DNA from: Cenococcum geophilum
Taxonomy: Eukaryota
DNA length: 64,000 bases
Reading direction: 5' to 3'
Assembly: GCA_050273025.1 (NCBI GenBank)
Contig: CP158635.1
Location: 20,584,001-20,648,000 of the forward strand
The notes under the pieces were generated by a model. It was given only the letters and a program-made list of their open reading frames with translations, made no database searches and had not been told where the DNA came from. Below are positions 13,343 to 26,561 of the stretch, piece after piece (within the stretch, counting starts at the first letter, position 1; each line of letters starts with the position of its first letter). The position numbers were made by a program, and so were the translations under genes.

Positions 13343-13893
13343 TGGGGTGGTGTTATTTACGGTGATTGAATATATTCAATCTTGAAGCGATATTCAATTT
13401 GGAGAAAAAGCAAATAGGGAGCAAAAAAAACTCACGTTAATTATTACCTTACCTTTTATAATCAAGCACTTGTTTTAATACTGTAGCTTGGTTCCAAATC
13501 CGCAGGCCTCAAAATCCGAGCTAGTTTCTTCCGGCCGATGAATGCTATGATGATCTTCGTGGAGGCATGCCCATCTATATAACAGACACTAGTAGAGGTC
13601 CGGCCGTAATTTGTATAACCATAAGTATGTTTAAAGACTAGTATTTGAGCCATGCGCATGAAGTGCTCTGCGTTAGTCGTTGATGTAGAGTTGACCAGGC
13701 GCTAAGATTTCGAAGTTATCGATAAGGACATGTCTTGTAATATAAGCTTGGCAATCATCATAGGCGTCACTGTCGTGTGCTCAAAGGGTCCAACAGCTCA
13801 ACAACCGCCGCAACCTCTCTCTAAACCACCATCTACGCCGTAGAGCTGTTGTTAAAACTCTATTAAATATATTTAGCCGCCCCAGACGACCCA

Positions 13894-14219
13894 ATGGCTT
13901 ACACTAGCTTCTTCAAGTATGTATACCTGGTGTATTCCTTACGACCGCTTTTCATGTTCACCTCGCCTGACTAACACTTTCTTCTACGATAGCCGCCGCA
14001 ACATCGCAATATTATCCCTTATGTCCCTCGGAGGCTCATACTTTATAATGAAATCTCGAACCTTGGCGGAGAAGAAGAGGGAGCGAGCTGTAGGAGACTA
14101 CTCGGTTTCTGTGGATCGATCCGGTACGTTCGCCTCTGCGCAGCAGCTTACATAGCCTCCCTCCATCACAAACACTTCTCCAGGAGCTTACGGGATACTT
14201 TATAGGCGGTGGAATCTAA
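13894..14219 (+). CDS. Three-exon 55-aa microprotein with one hydrophobic segment
   Basis: Exons 13894-13916, 13993-14123 and 14206-14219, with GTATGT..CTAAC..TAG and GTACGT..TAG introns. Spliced product: MAYTSFFNRRNIAILSLMSLGGSYFIMKSRTLAEKKRERAVGDYSVSVDRSGGGI*. Confidence 0.75.
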
Positions 14220-14834
14220 ATGGCTCAAGAAAGCCTATCAGCACAACGTATCCTGATCACCGAAAATAATGATAACGGCAAGAAGGAATGGATATGGTGG
14301 CAACCTGACTTCAAAGGCGGAAACATGCTAACTAAAGCTCTTAATATTTTTATTTGGTCAAGATCTATCGATCTTTGGTGCAGAATTCTACATCCTAGGC
14401 GTTGAGAAGCTGTATAGCCTTACCTGAGCGCTCAAAAGAGCCCAGATTTTCTCTATTTCCTTCCAAAGTCTAAACCACCTCAACACCAAACAGAGCCAAA
14501 TCAAGATTATTGCACTTCATTCTATTCTTCGTGTTCATTTTTTATTTCACGTCTGAATATTCTAAAGTTCGCAAAAGGATAAATACCCACAAACGTCATT
14601 CGTCGCCGAGGGATTACAAGGATGGATGTGCATGACGATCACGGACTAAGCTACGCCTTACTTCTCTCACCACCCCATAATCCTACCGTCTCACTGTCCC
14701 ATGAATTTACCATCTCACTACCTCATAATCTTACCAGCTCGCTGCCCTATAGTCCTGACATCTCATTTAATTACTTCCACCATTCTGAACGGCAGTATTG
14801 GCTCGACCCCTCTCTCCAACCCCACTCACCCACC

Positions 14835-15520
14835 ACCATCTTTCTGCGACATCCACCACAGCATCCCCCTCACCCGCGCGCAGCGTGACGATCGCAGTCC
14901 AAGTCACTCACCTACACGCCACGCAATTCATGACGCCGTCGCTCTTCGTGAACATCCGGTTCACACACACCGTCCCCGAGACGCCCTCCTACGTCGGCGG
15001 GAAACCCGCCCCTCTCCGCCCCTCCCCCCTTCCCTATACCACCCTAGCAGCAAATTTCTATTCATGGCTTCTAGCGTTACAATTCGAGTTTCCATACTGG
15101 CCTTGCCTCCCATCCCTAGACGCAGCTAAACCGCATATTTCGCGCATCTCCGCGCGCGCCACGAATACCCAAACCGGCCCGAGAAGTTGTGCCCAGCGGA
15201 GATATACAACGCGCTCTGCGCGGGCACCGCCAGGATCTGGGACGAGGTCGTGCGCGCGCCCAGCAGCGACCCGTACGCCGCGCACGCCGCCGCCATCACC
15301 ACTACCGCCACCGCTTCAGCTGCGGCTGCGTCCGGCTCCGGGCACGGGCTGCGCAACCGCGTGGCGCTGCACATCATCTTCGTGCTGGCGGACGTCGACG
15401 CGGGGTGGGAGTAGGGGTTCGCGCTGCCGAAGGCCGGGGGACCGCGTGTGGATGCGGCAGCACATGACGGAGTTTGAGCGGCGGGCGGAGGAGGGGGGTC
15501 AGGATGGGGGAGCTAGTTAG
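14835..15520 (+). pseudogene. Disrupted tautomerase-superfamily (cis-CaaD-like) gene
   Basis: Fragments across frames: (P)SFCDIHHSIPLTRAQRD / IAVQVTHLHATQFMTPSLFVNIRF..YVGGKP / LNRI-FAHLR / IFVLADVDAGWE*GFALPKAG / DRVWMRQHMTEFERRAEEG. No ATG before the expected Pro1, about 3 frameshifts, stop at 15412-14 and no GT donor. Confidence 0.65.
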
Positions 15521-15760
15521 GGGGTTGAGGGCGAGGGTGGATTTGCCCGGAGGGGTTTTCGCTGAAGGATGAGAAGGGAGAGAGAAGGGAGGGGGTTTTT
15601 ATTGGTTCTATAAAGCGCATTCTCATACAACTGCAACTGCCCCCTTCTATCCAGCATCCAGCATTCAGCATCCAGCATCCAGTAATTTCCCAACGTGCTC
15701 CAAGCTCCGCGGTGTTTTCTTTGAGGGCTGTACAGCCGATATTGTTGGTTGTGAACTAAC

Positions 15761-17233
15761 CTACAACTTCTTATGCGGCTTAATGGGCGCCGGATTCGCC
15801 ACGGCGTCGATATTCCCAGCGAACTTCAGTGGCCCGACATCCGCCGTTGTCATGCGCGTATTATACTTCTTCCCGGAGATAAACTCAAACAGCATACTCA
15901 TCGGGAACCCGATATCGAACGCACTCGCCGCATCGATCTCATCGATCTCCTGCTCCGTCAGTTCCAACCCCAACGCCTCAATATTCCCCTTCAGATGCTC
16001 GACCTTCCGTCCCCCAACGATCGGGAACACGTACGGCGCCTTGTGCATGACGTACGCCAGCGCGACCGACGTGATCAGCGTGCCCTTGACCGTCGCGATC
16101 TCCTCGAGCTTCTTGGAGACCCGGATGTCTGTTTCGGACGTGCCGAGCGACTTGCGCCCTTCGTTGCGCGCGCGCTCCGCGTCGCTCTTGAAGTTGCCCC
16201 TGCCCAGTGCGCCCCACGGTGCGAGTGCCATGCCTTCGGCTTGCGCCATGGGCAGGATGTCGCGCTCGAAATCGCGCGAGGCGGCGGACCAGTGGCCTTG
16301 GTAGACGGTGAATTGGCGGAGGCCGTGGTTGCGGGCATCTGGGTGGTGGGTTAGCTGGTTACTATGTCGAGGAGGGTTGGGAGGGGAGGCGCGTCGGGCA
16401 AGAGTGTGCGGATGTTGGATATTAGACTGCAGGCAGCTTGGGTGTTCAGGTGTTTGGGTATGGGTGTGTAAAAGAGGGGGTGGTGGTATGATAGAGGGAC
16501 ACTCACATTCGTTCGCCTTGCTCACAATCCACGCCGGCGTGTCGCTCACGCCCAAATACAGCACCTTCCCCGCGGCCACCATGTCGTTGAGCGACTGCAT
16601 CAGCTCGGGGATGCTGGTCGACCAGTCCCACCAGTGCACGTACAGCAGGTCGATGTAGCTCGTCTGTAGCTTCTTCAAGCTCGCCTCGAGCGAGATATGC
16701 AGGCTCTTGGAGCTGTTACCCGCGTAGTTGACTTTCAGGGATGGTTGGCGGCTGTGCGCAGGAAAGCAGGTTGTGAACTTTGTGGCAACGACCATTTGGT
16801 CGCGCACGCCGCGCTCGGCCATCCATTCGCCGATCCAGGTCTCGCTTTCTTCGGCCTGGTAGCTGTTCGCGCTATGTCAGAGACAGGAATTAGCTTAGGT
16901 GCGGTGGAAACTGTGGTTGACGGGGTTGGTTGAGGGCTTCGTACGTGTCGATGAAGTTCCCACCGTTCTCGAAGAAGTAATCGAGGATTTCAAACGTCGT
17001 TTGCTTGTTGCACTCGCCCATCATATCTTTCCTGTATTGGGTAAGCCTTTGTATTCACAGAAGGGAAACAATAGTTGAGTAAGTACGGCTTCTTACCAGG
17101 CATCTCCAAAATTCATCGCTCCAAGGCATAGTGGCGATACTCGCACGCCCGCAGTGGGCGAGAGGATCCGATGGAAGTCGAGCAGACTCCTAGGAGTGGG
17201 GATGTCTCCGAATGGGCTGCGACTGTTAGACAT
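15761..17233 (-). CDS. Aldo-keto reductase, aryl-alcohol dehydrogenase / norsolorinic acid reductase-like
   Basis: [75 protein letters not shown]. Three introns. Confidence 0.93.
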
Positions 17234-18311
17234 GTTGACAGATGGATAAGAGGGGCTATAGAAGCTCGGCTAACGGTTAACTGGGAGGAGTAGCGGGGTG
17301 AGACGAAGGAATGCAAAGAGATGAAGAGACGAAGGGACTGAGGGACTAATGGACTTAAAGTGAGGAGTGAGGCCTTCAGCAAGAGCAGAGGCATGTTTAT
17401 ATAACTAATTTGTATGGGCATGACATCTTCGAGTTGACTCAGGTCCGTCCGGTCGAAACAGTGATGCGAGCAGCAAAGAGAGCTGCATCGCTATGGAACA
17501 GCTCTGGAACTGTCGTGCTGCTATTTCCGACCTCTATCTCCACCCCCAGTCTTTATCGACAATGAAAGAAAACCGGAGTTTCAGTTGTGCACGGATCTAC
17601 TGCATGGGCACCTTAATCACAAGCTTAGACACCCTTCACAGGCCTTAATGGAGCGAAATAGTGCTGCCGAATATGATCCGGTGTCTTGTCAGTTACAATG
17701 CGAGAGTCGCTTTGCGGAGTGTCCCCTTGTTGGGCGGGAGTGTCTTCGGAAGCGACCCCACCGATTTTAGTCCGGCCTGGATATGGGCCTGATCCGGTCC
17801 CACTCCATAACCAGCTTCAAAATTCCATCCGCATAAAGTGGTCCGGCCCGTCGATTTTAATATTGCTATATCCGACTTCTACTGCTTTTAGCAGCGTAAT
17901 TACGAACTTTACAAGCGGAGGCATTATTTATTGAGTCGAGGAATATCTTGAACTTGTGCAAACTCCGTCGACTTGAAGGATGATTACAGAGAGACCGAGA
18001 TAAGTGGGCGATGCAGAGGCATTTGCAATCCAAATCTGGTTTAACACCTCTAAAAGCCACTTTGACCGCCATGGGAAAATCGATATCTTGATCGTCTGAT
18101 AGCAGCCTTCTACATATTAACACTACCGGTAATTACATGTTGTTTCCAAGTGTTTGAAACGCCTCGAGGTGTTGACTCCTGAACACTGATCGCCGGTAAT
18201 AACTGCTTGAAGCGAGCCTTGATCCCTCCAAAAGCATTTTGAATGAAAGATTAGTTGGCCCTTTGCTGAGCGGGTTGCCGCATCATCTTGTCCGCCCTGA
18301 TACTCAGCACC

Positions 18312-20111
18312 TCACTCCGTCCGCTTCCTGACCCTGGGCAACACGAACCAGCAAATAAGCATGACCACAAAGAGTCCAATGCAGACAGGATGCAATACAT
18401 AAGTCCCCACAGCTTGCGCCAACAAACCAGTCGTGAAGGGGGCAACAGCACCTCCGGAGCTTCCAGCTGACGCAATGAACCCAACCGCCGTCATCTGAAC
18501 GTTGCGCGGCAACAGTTTGGCGAATATCGTCTGCGCGCAGGGATATACAGGGCCAAGCAGCAGACCGAGAACCGCGACTGCGACGGCATCACCGATGACG
18601 TTGGGGACGAGCCACACGAGGAGCTGAAATGCCATTGCTCCTGCCGTCATTCCAATCACGAAGGACCTTTCTCCGACTCTGTGAGCGACATGCGTGAGGA
18701 CGAATCTACCCAGGGTGATTCCCGCCTGCAATAAAATCAGCTTCTGACAACCGGATTTTCTCCAATAAACTCACCCAGAAACCTGCAGTGACATAACCGA
18801 TACGGGCTGGGTCACCGTTACGGTAGCTGATGAGGAATGAGATGACCCAACCCGAAATAGATACTTCGGCGCCTTGATATGCAAAGATGAAGAGCGCGCC
18901 GACAAGCGTGACTTGGCTCTTCAAGGCTTGTTTCATGAGTTGTGTCTTGCTCGGTTCGCCTGCCTCAATTGCTTCTCGTCGGCCCGCTGTTCGTTCCAGA
19001 GCAGTCAGTAGTCGGGTTGGAGCTTCTTCTTCGTATGACCAAAATGCCCAACCCGCAGAGGCGATACAGAAGAGTCGTAGGCCGAGGGTGATGAAGTAGA
19101 ACCGTGACCAGAGGAGCCCATGCGAGACCATGGCAGTTGCTATAATTGGCCCAATGATGCCTATACCGGGCATCAGTATCAACAGAGGGAAGAAGATGAT
19201 ATCGATCAAGAGGGTAGTCAACAGGGTCTTACCTCCAATACCATAGCTGCCATGGGCGGATCCAAGAGTTACAGTGGAAGGGTGAAGATTAGAACAGAAC
19301 ACATTATTCAAGGCAAGATTAACGGCCATTCCATAGCCCAGTAGAAAGAACCTAAATGAAGGTTAGACAGTCTTAAGTATAGGAACTAGGAAAGCTTACC
19401 CTATAACTACTACCGGAAACGGTGGAGTAGCAACAAGCATAATATATGCAGCAAGCATTAGCAGCTCTGCAAAAATTAGAGACTTTGCCCGCCCGAGGCG
19501 GCCGAGAATCATATTAGTGAAGAACGCAGCTACGATGAACCCAAGGGCATTGCTGACGAAGATAAGAGCGACAATAGCGTAGCCTATATGGTAGTGGTTT
19601 TCCATGTAGGGTATAAGAGCACCGGGAGCTGCGATGAGATCAGCTTTGATTTTTTGGAACCCCTTGGAAACTTCGAGAGAACTCAAGATGGTGGTACTTC
19701 AGGTTCTGTTCCCATAAGCTACGTACCGCTATCGTTCAGCCCATTTCCGAAGTAAATCAAGCAGCAACTCAAGACTCTCCATTTATTCATTGGTGGATTT
19801 GACCAGCTTTGGACAAGCGATGTTGCTTCATCTTGCTTTGGGGATGGAGGTCTACTCATCTCCAATTCGTTAGGACTCATTGGTGTTACTGGAGTTTGTG
19901 CTCCAGTATAGGGCGTTTGACTAGTGCGTGTGGTCTGCGTTCCGCCACAAGAATTACTTGGCCCATTGTATCGGCTGCCCCACGTATAATTATCCAACTC
20001 GAAGGCTGATGGAGGTGAATTAAGGGTTTTCTGAAGAATTGCTGGTGGGCTGGTGACGGACTTTGGGCCGGGATGAATATCAAAATACCCAGCAAAGGAA
20101 TTGGGAGGCAT
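18312..20111 (-). CDS. MFS transporter (Bsc6 / fucose-permease-like)
   Basis: GLNDSAPGALIPYME, HGSYGIGG, FIFAYQGAEVSISGWVISFL, GLLLGPVYP, SAGSSGGAVAPF. Multiple TM helices and about 4 introns. Confidence 0.9.
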
Positions 20112-20682
20112 GATGAAACATTCGCTTGATTTTTTTGTAGGCTATCAGACAGAATCTTAGGAAGGAGTTGAGATTGAGGGAAGAAGAACTCAAGCTCGTT
20201 AGTCACAAAGGCTTTAAGCAGAAGGCAGACCAAATTAGTGTTGAGAGAAGAGGTTAGGAGGAAAGAGACGGGGTGATCATCGTAAAGTTTAAAGACTATT
20301 GCAAAATATGAATCCTCCTCAGAAGTGGGATAGTGTTACGTCCCTAGACCATACATAGCTTACCGTATGATACCCCTCGTGCGGGAGGTAAGTTGATTGA
20401 TAAGACATGACGCTGGCGCTTTTCCCTACCCAGTGCCTCATGCATCGCGAGAAGATCACTCTGTTGAACAATCAGAAGAGGAAAATCTCCCCGGAACCGG
20501 AATTGATACCAAGGGGAAGCCATCCGTAAAAGTGGAGCTCGACGAAAGAACGGTTCTGATGTTGAATTAAAATAGACCTTTGATTCGAGGGCGGATTCTC
20601 GGCTCAGAAAGTTCTCGGCAAACTTTCCAGCTTCTAAAGGCGCCACCGAAGTTAGCAACCACTTTAACGCCTCTCGTGAATA

Positions 20683-21149
20683 ATGGGCCGCCCAAAACGC
20701 AACCTTCTTGCGACAGCGGAGGAGACTTTGACACCGCCAGACGCCTTGTCCGAAGGCCAGTCGATAGCGCGAGTCACGAAAGCAGCCGGCAACAACCTCT
20801 ATAATGCAGACCTCCCATCTAGCAGGCCCATCCTCGTTGAGCTGCCTTCTCGCTTTCGTTCTACCATCTGGATAAAACGGGGATCATATGTGGTCGTTGA
20901 TACCAAAGCGCTTGCAGACCGTGATAATAAGCTGGATGGAGAAATCATTAATGTGGTAAGGGACGAAAGAGAATGGAGAAAACAGAGTTATTGGTGAGTG
21001 GGAGCATGCATGGAAACTTCACCGCATTTGTTAACGTCTTTCCCAGGCCAGCTGAATTTGCGAAGAAATCCGCATATGTAGACGATGCCGACGAGGAAGA
21101 GTCTACGATTGGTAAAATGCCGCCACAAGAATCGGATGACGAATCTTGA
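20683..21149 (+). CDS. EIF1AD: eIF1A-domain (S1/OB-fold) RNA-binding protein
   Basis: GNNLY..LVELPSRFRSTIWIKRGSYVVV..KLDGEIINVV..YW|PAEF with an acidic tail. Intron 20994-21046. Confidence 0.88.
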
Positions 21150-21181
21150 AAATGTTCTACCTGCTAGGATTCTATAGGACA

Positions 21182-22593
21182 CTAATCGGTGTGCTGGTGC
21201 TGTGGTCCGCCGTTTACCATTACATCTTCGAAATCCTTCCTTGTACCCCACCACACACCCGCCACAGTTATTGCAAGAACACTCACAACCACCAACGAAC
21301 TTGCTTCTGTGCTCGGGTAAACGTTCCAGGCCCACTCTTGCACAAGCCAGAGGCAATACTGAATGATAGGATGGAAGCCGGCCCGCCATAACAGGAAGGG
21401 TGTTGTCCACGCAATATAGGCGTAGAATTGATAATGGAGGGATCTCGCACAAAGCATGCCGATTGCGTTGGCTGTCAGGATTGTAGTCATGACGAATTGG
21501 GGTGTTATTTTCCTAGAAATTCGTTCTTGGTCCCAGGGATCATTAAATACCAAATTTATGAAATCCGGGAAGGGTCGTTGTGCTGGTTTGGTCCACCGGG
21601 TGATAGTAAAGAATGAAAGGAGACCGGCGTGCGCTCCCAATAGTGACAATGAGAAGCCCTTTGATAGAAAAATTTCTTCTTTAACAAATCTCCAGTTGAC
21701 TGTCCATTTGTACAAGAACTGCCGTGTGAACTGGAATGCTCTGGATATGTATGAAGATGTGTAGTAATATAAGAACGGATATCCGTAAACGATCTATGCA
21801 CCACTTAGACCAACCGGCACATCAAATTATGATAAACGTACCGTCATCTGCCCAATAATCAAAGCCTGCGTGATTGCTCTTGATTGGCCAATAGATTGAA
21901 GTAGAACCATACCGATTGCAGGAAGAGGCAGCAAAGCTGTCATCTTAACATTAAGACCAATCGTATACAAAAACGATCCAATAGTCCACATGCGCCTTTG
22001 GTAGGCATAGATAGCTAGGAAAAGCCCCAGGACCGCAAAGCAGTCATTAAAGCAGCGCAGGATAAAGATGCTATGCAGTCGTTTTGATAAAATAAGAAGT
22101 GGAAAAACGTATGGTGGTGCCTTGCATGAGCGTTTAGTTCTTACTTGAAGCAATACAATATAGGAAAGCGTCAAACCTTTGCTAGTCTATAGCAAGCCAT
22201 TACCACGGCCAAGTTCGCCAGATATACAAGCCCAAAGATGATCTGAGCTAGGAGAATATTGGTCCCCCGATCTGTGAGCGCGTAGAGAGCGCGGTAAATA
22301 TACACGTGAACAGCGGGATAGACAAGAGGGCCTGTTCCGCCTTCAATATTTTTGTAGTCTCGTTCTCCTGTGAGATAGATCTCAACTTGCTCCATATAAG
22401 CTTGCCAGTCGATTTCGGTGTCTAATAACGGCTTAGCAGAGGTTCGGACATTCTTGGCAAGATATCACAAACAGGGGATCGTCCATATTATTAGACCGCA
22501 AAGAGCCGCGTCCGCTATGAGGAGCAATGGCGAAAGCCATCTGGTATGCTTTGGGTTCCCCGCAAGGTCGACGCTCCGTTCGATTAAATTCAT
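21182..22593 (-). CDS. ALG3: Dol-P-Man:Man5GlcNAc2-PP-Dol alpha-1,3-mannosyltransferase
   Basis: [65 protein letters not shown]. Three introns. Confidence 0.95.
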
Positions 22594-23217
22594 TGTGATA
22601 GATTTTTGTTGTGAGAAATATGGATGAGCTGATGCCTTATGGGACCTCACGGCATTATTAAAGGGGCCGTTAAGATCACGTGGCCTTAGTTGCAGGTTTC
22701 GCATGCACTCCGAAGGCATTTCTCAAGACAAATAGTGTTTCATATCAAGATTTAGGAAGCGAGAGCTTCCATCGCATTATTTTGTTCCGGATGGTCGATT
22801 TGCAGTTCTAGAACCGTTGTTATCTATTTTAGAACGTCACAAGTCACTCTAGTTCTACATGCACTGCGTATACCACCACAGATAATCTATTGTGGAGTCA
22901 CAGCTCCATACTTTTCTCTATAGGAAAAGGAATTCCCCGGTATGACTCATAAAAATCGCCCAAGAAACTTCAGCTCTCTCATATACGCTGTGCACAGAGG
23001 TGTTTATGATAACTGTGATGCTAAATGCGTGGAATCAAGTCTTCTTGCCAAACGCTAAAATTAAAAATATGATAACGAGGTTTAGAAAAACGTGAAACAA
23101 CATCATGGGTCTAGATAAAAAGGTCAGCGGGCCCCAGATACAGCACAGTACGCAAATGATGTATCCATTGTAGGAACTTACACAAGACTGAGAAAAACTT
23201 CCAGCCATGTTTTAGGC

Positions 23218-24130
23218 TTAGCACTCCCTTTCGGTGGCCTTGAGTCTTTGCATAAGATATTCCACTTCAACCTCTTTAGTCAAAGGTATGACCCAGTCCT
23301 AGTTCAGGGTCTTAGTTTCTACACCTCTAGGGGGCAGTCGGTAGTCTTACCTTATACATGGCTACCACAGCATCCACATTAATTTTGACAGGACTGTCAG
23401 ATCCTCCATCCGGATCTGTGCCATATGTCTTTGCCTTCAATCTCAACCTCTCCAAGACCTGCTTCTCCACCTTAGCATCTGTGATAGCCTCATCTATTCC
23501 CTTCCTATCCTCTGACTTTATCAGCTTTACGAAGTGGTCCTTCTCCTTCCTAAACTTTGCCTCCGCAACAAATTTTCCAAAATGTATGCGTCGAGACAGT
23601 GCTTGTAAGCATGCCACATCGCAAGTAGCTGCAGACCCGTAGTTTTCCTGAGCCTCCCCTCTCTCCTCTCTGCCAAACTGTGCGCATGCAGCTGGCAAAA
23701 TGAGTTTAATATAACATTCCTTGAGTTTCTTGTTTACATTCACATCGTTTGGGTGCAGGATTTGGGGGTAGTCTAGAGGTCTAAGGATGGGCGTCTCGAG
23801 GGCATCCGGGAAGAACGGGTATTCGTCTGGTGACTGATATCGGCGGACGAGTGAGTGGAAGCGTTCTTGCTCTCGGAGCATCCAATCAAATAGACTCAGA
23901 GAACTGTTAGGTATCCGCACGCCTCCCGGGACATAGATGGTATGGTTGAGAGGGAATTGGGCTCGCTCTATCAGGTGGAAAGTGATAGTGTCCTCAAGTC
24001 GGCTGGAAGTTGTCAGCTGGACTCAGCGTCCGCAGTTCGCACTAGGGGTTGTCACTTACATAAGTTGAAAACGAATGTTAGCAAGATCCAGAGCTTTCGA
24101 CACATCAGAGAGATCAATTGCAGAATCCAT
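23218..24130 (-). CDS. ARO7: Chorismate mutase (AroQ, eukaryotic type)
   Basis: [72 protein letters not shown]. Two introns. Confidence 0.96.
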
Positions 24131-24432
24131 AATGCCACAGCGTAGAACAGCCGAGCTAGTTAATACTGAAGAAGAGCGATTAACTTGTGTTCTTGGCTAT
24201 CTTCAACCATAGCCGATGCCGGGAAGAGAATGACGCACTATGTAAGACCGCGACCTGCAGACCGACTTCATGCGACCTCAGGCACTCATCCCAACACCGC
24301 ATGCTACCTTTTCACCAATTTCACCATTTCTTTACTAGCAGCTCCTTCCGACCATAATGACGCTCCCTACCAGCAATTAGGCCCTCCGACATACCTGCAA
24401 CCTTTTCCTTCACATTTCCTTCGCATATTCGC

Positions 24433-26561
24433 ATGGCCAGCTCCTCGAGCCGTGATGGCTCGCCGCCCCGTGGCAGATCAGGGAGCACGAGGCCAATGAC
24501 ACCGTCAGATGATGAATCTAGCATTATTGATGGTCTTCCTGTAAGCTCTTACCTGACATTTCAATATGCTGCATAAGCACAAAATCTAAACTTTTTTTTC
24601 TGGACAGACACGGCAGTTAGAAGCATTTGGGCGAAAAGTTACAGCAACTGCAGGCCACCTAATATCAGGGCCCCTGGGGGAAGGTGGTGTTAGCCAACAC
24701 TACCAAAACGCACTTGGCGAGCTTCACAAAGAACTTAGGCGTCCAATGCTCCAACGATCGGTTTTCTCCTTTGCGCAAACAACTCCTCGAGAAATAGTGC
24801 GGTCTAGAATATCCGTACCAGAAATCCAACAACGAGCTCTTTCCTACCTCCCAGACGAGCTTCTCGCCAACATCCCCGAAGACAACAATGTATATTCGCT
24901 TTTTCAGGGGTTTCAGGCTTCTATGCCAGAGGAAAATAATGGTCTCAAGAATAGGTATGGACACAACTCGCGAGGTCAACGATTGTTAGGGGAAGCTGAA
25001 GATGACCCAAACGCACCGCCGTCTCTTGTCAAATTGAGAAAGGAGAAGCACAGTATGAGCCATCGGCTGGAGATGCTCGGTGTACGGAAGCACATGTGCG
25101 CTACCGAAATCCACGAAATTGACAACAAAATCGCAAATTTGAACACAATGCGCAAGATTGTTTTGGATAGACTAGCTGGGCTTGAGCAGGATGAAATGGA
25201 CTTGGAGCGTGATATCCTAGATGTCGAAAACAGGCTTGAAGACCTCCAGGAAGAACTTGAAGATGCAGCAGCCTTGGCACCAAAGTCGCCCGATACTGGT
25301 GGAGCTCCAAGCACGGATGGGGGCTCGGGAGATTTCATGTCTGCATCTATTTATGAAAAATTGCCTTCTTCCCCGAAGTCTAAACGAAGGAAGAGACCAA
25401 GGAGGTTATCTCTGGCAATCCTACATGAGCATCTAGAGCCTGGGTCAAAGATCAAGGAATTAGAGGCACATAACGATATGATTACCGCGCTAGATTTCGA
25501 TGTGCCATGGGGCACAATGGTCACGGCTGCTTTAGATGATACAGTAAGAGTGTGGGATCTTAGTGCTGGGCGATGCATGGGTTTTCTCGAAGGCCACCTT
25601 TCATCAGTGCGCTGCTTACAAGTGGAAGACAATATTGTTGCAACGGGTTCTATGGATGCTTCCATCCGTCTTTGGGATCTGAGTCGCGCAGAATACGCCC
25701 CGTTAGATAATCGGATAAATAAAGATGGCCAGGAGGAAGAGGATGACGGTTTAACATTCGAAAACGCCGAGGACGCTCCACCACCGCCACCACCAACTAT
25801 CATGCAGGATTGTCCATTATTCTCACTTGAAGCCCACATGGACGAAGTCACGGCGCTTCATTTCCGGGGTGACACCCTTGTCTCTGGCTCAGCAGATAAA
25901 ACTCTTCGACAGTGGGATTTAGTGAAAGGCCGTTGTGTGCAAACCCTTGATGTCTTGTGGGCAGCAGCACAAGCAACAGCCACCTTAAATGCGAACAGCA
26001 GCCAATGGCGTCAGACAGGACGGTTACCTGACGCATCAGCTGATTTCGTTGGTGCTCTTCAAGTCTTCGATGCCGCACTCGCATGCGGAACTGCTGATGG
26101 TATGGTACGACTTTGGGATCTCAGAAGCGGGCAAGTGCACCGGAGCCTAGTGGGACATACAGGGCCAGTGACTTGTCTGCAGTTTGACGACGTCCATCTC
26201 GTCACGGGAAGTTTAGACAGAAGCATTCGGGTAAGCAAAACTAGTCATTATATCGATCCTCATGGCAACTGGCTGACTTAAGCAGATCTGGGATCTCCGT
26301 ACCGGCTCAATTTATGACGCCTACGCCTACGATAATCCTGTTACCAGCATGATGTTCGACGCGCGCCGCATTGTCACCGCCGCAGGTGAAGACGTCGTCA
26401 AAGTCTACGACAAGACGGACGGCCGGCACTGGAACTGCGGGCCGGGTGTCGGTGCGGACGATGAGGCTGGTGTTCTCTCCATAGTCGAGCGGGTGCGCAT
26501 CAAGGACGGCTACACAGTTGAAGGGCGCAAGAACGGCATGGTAGGCGTCTGGTCTTGTTAG
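24433..26561 (+). CDS. MDV1: Mitochondrial division protein 1 (Fis1-Dnm1 adaptor; coiled coil + WD40)
   Basis: [11 protein letters not shown] and YSLFQGF N-terminal motifs, coiled coil, WD40 repeats ([26 protein letters not shown]). Introns 24541-24608 and 26231-26285. Confidence 0.93.

Noticed and set aside
15773..16933. Plus-strand ORFs opposite the AKR gene
   Set aside because: Antisense shadows of a high-GC3 gene.
2625..22593. ALG2 and ALG3 as a glycosylation gene cluster
   Set aside because: They are 17 kb apart with unrelated genes between; compatible with chance.
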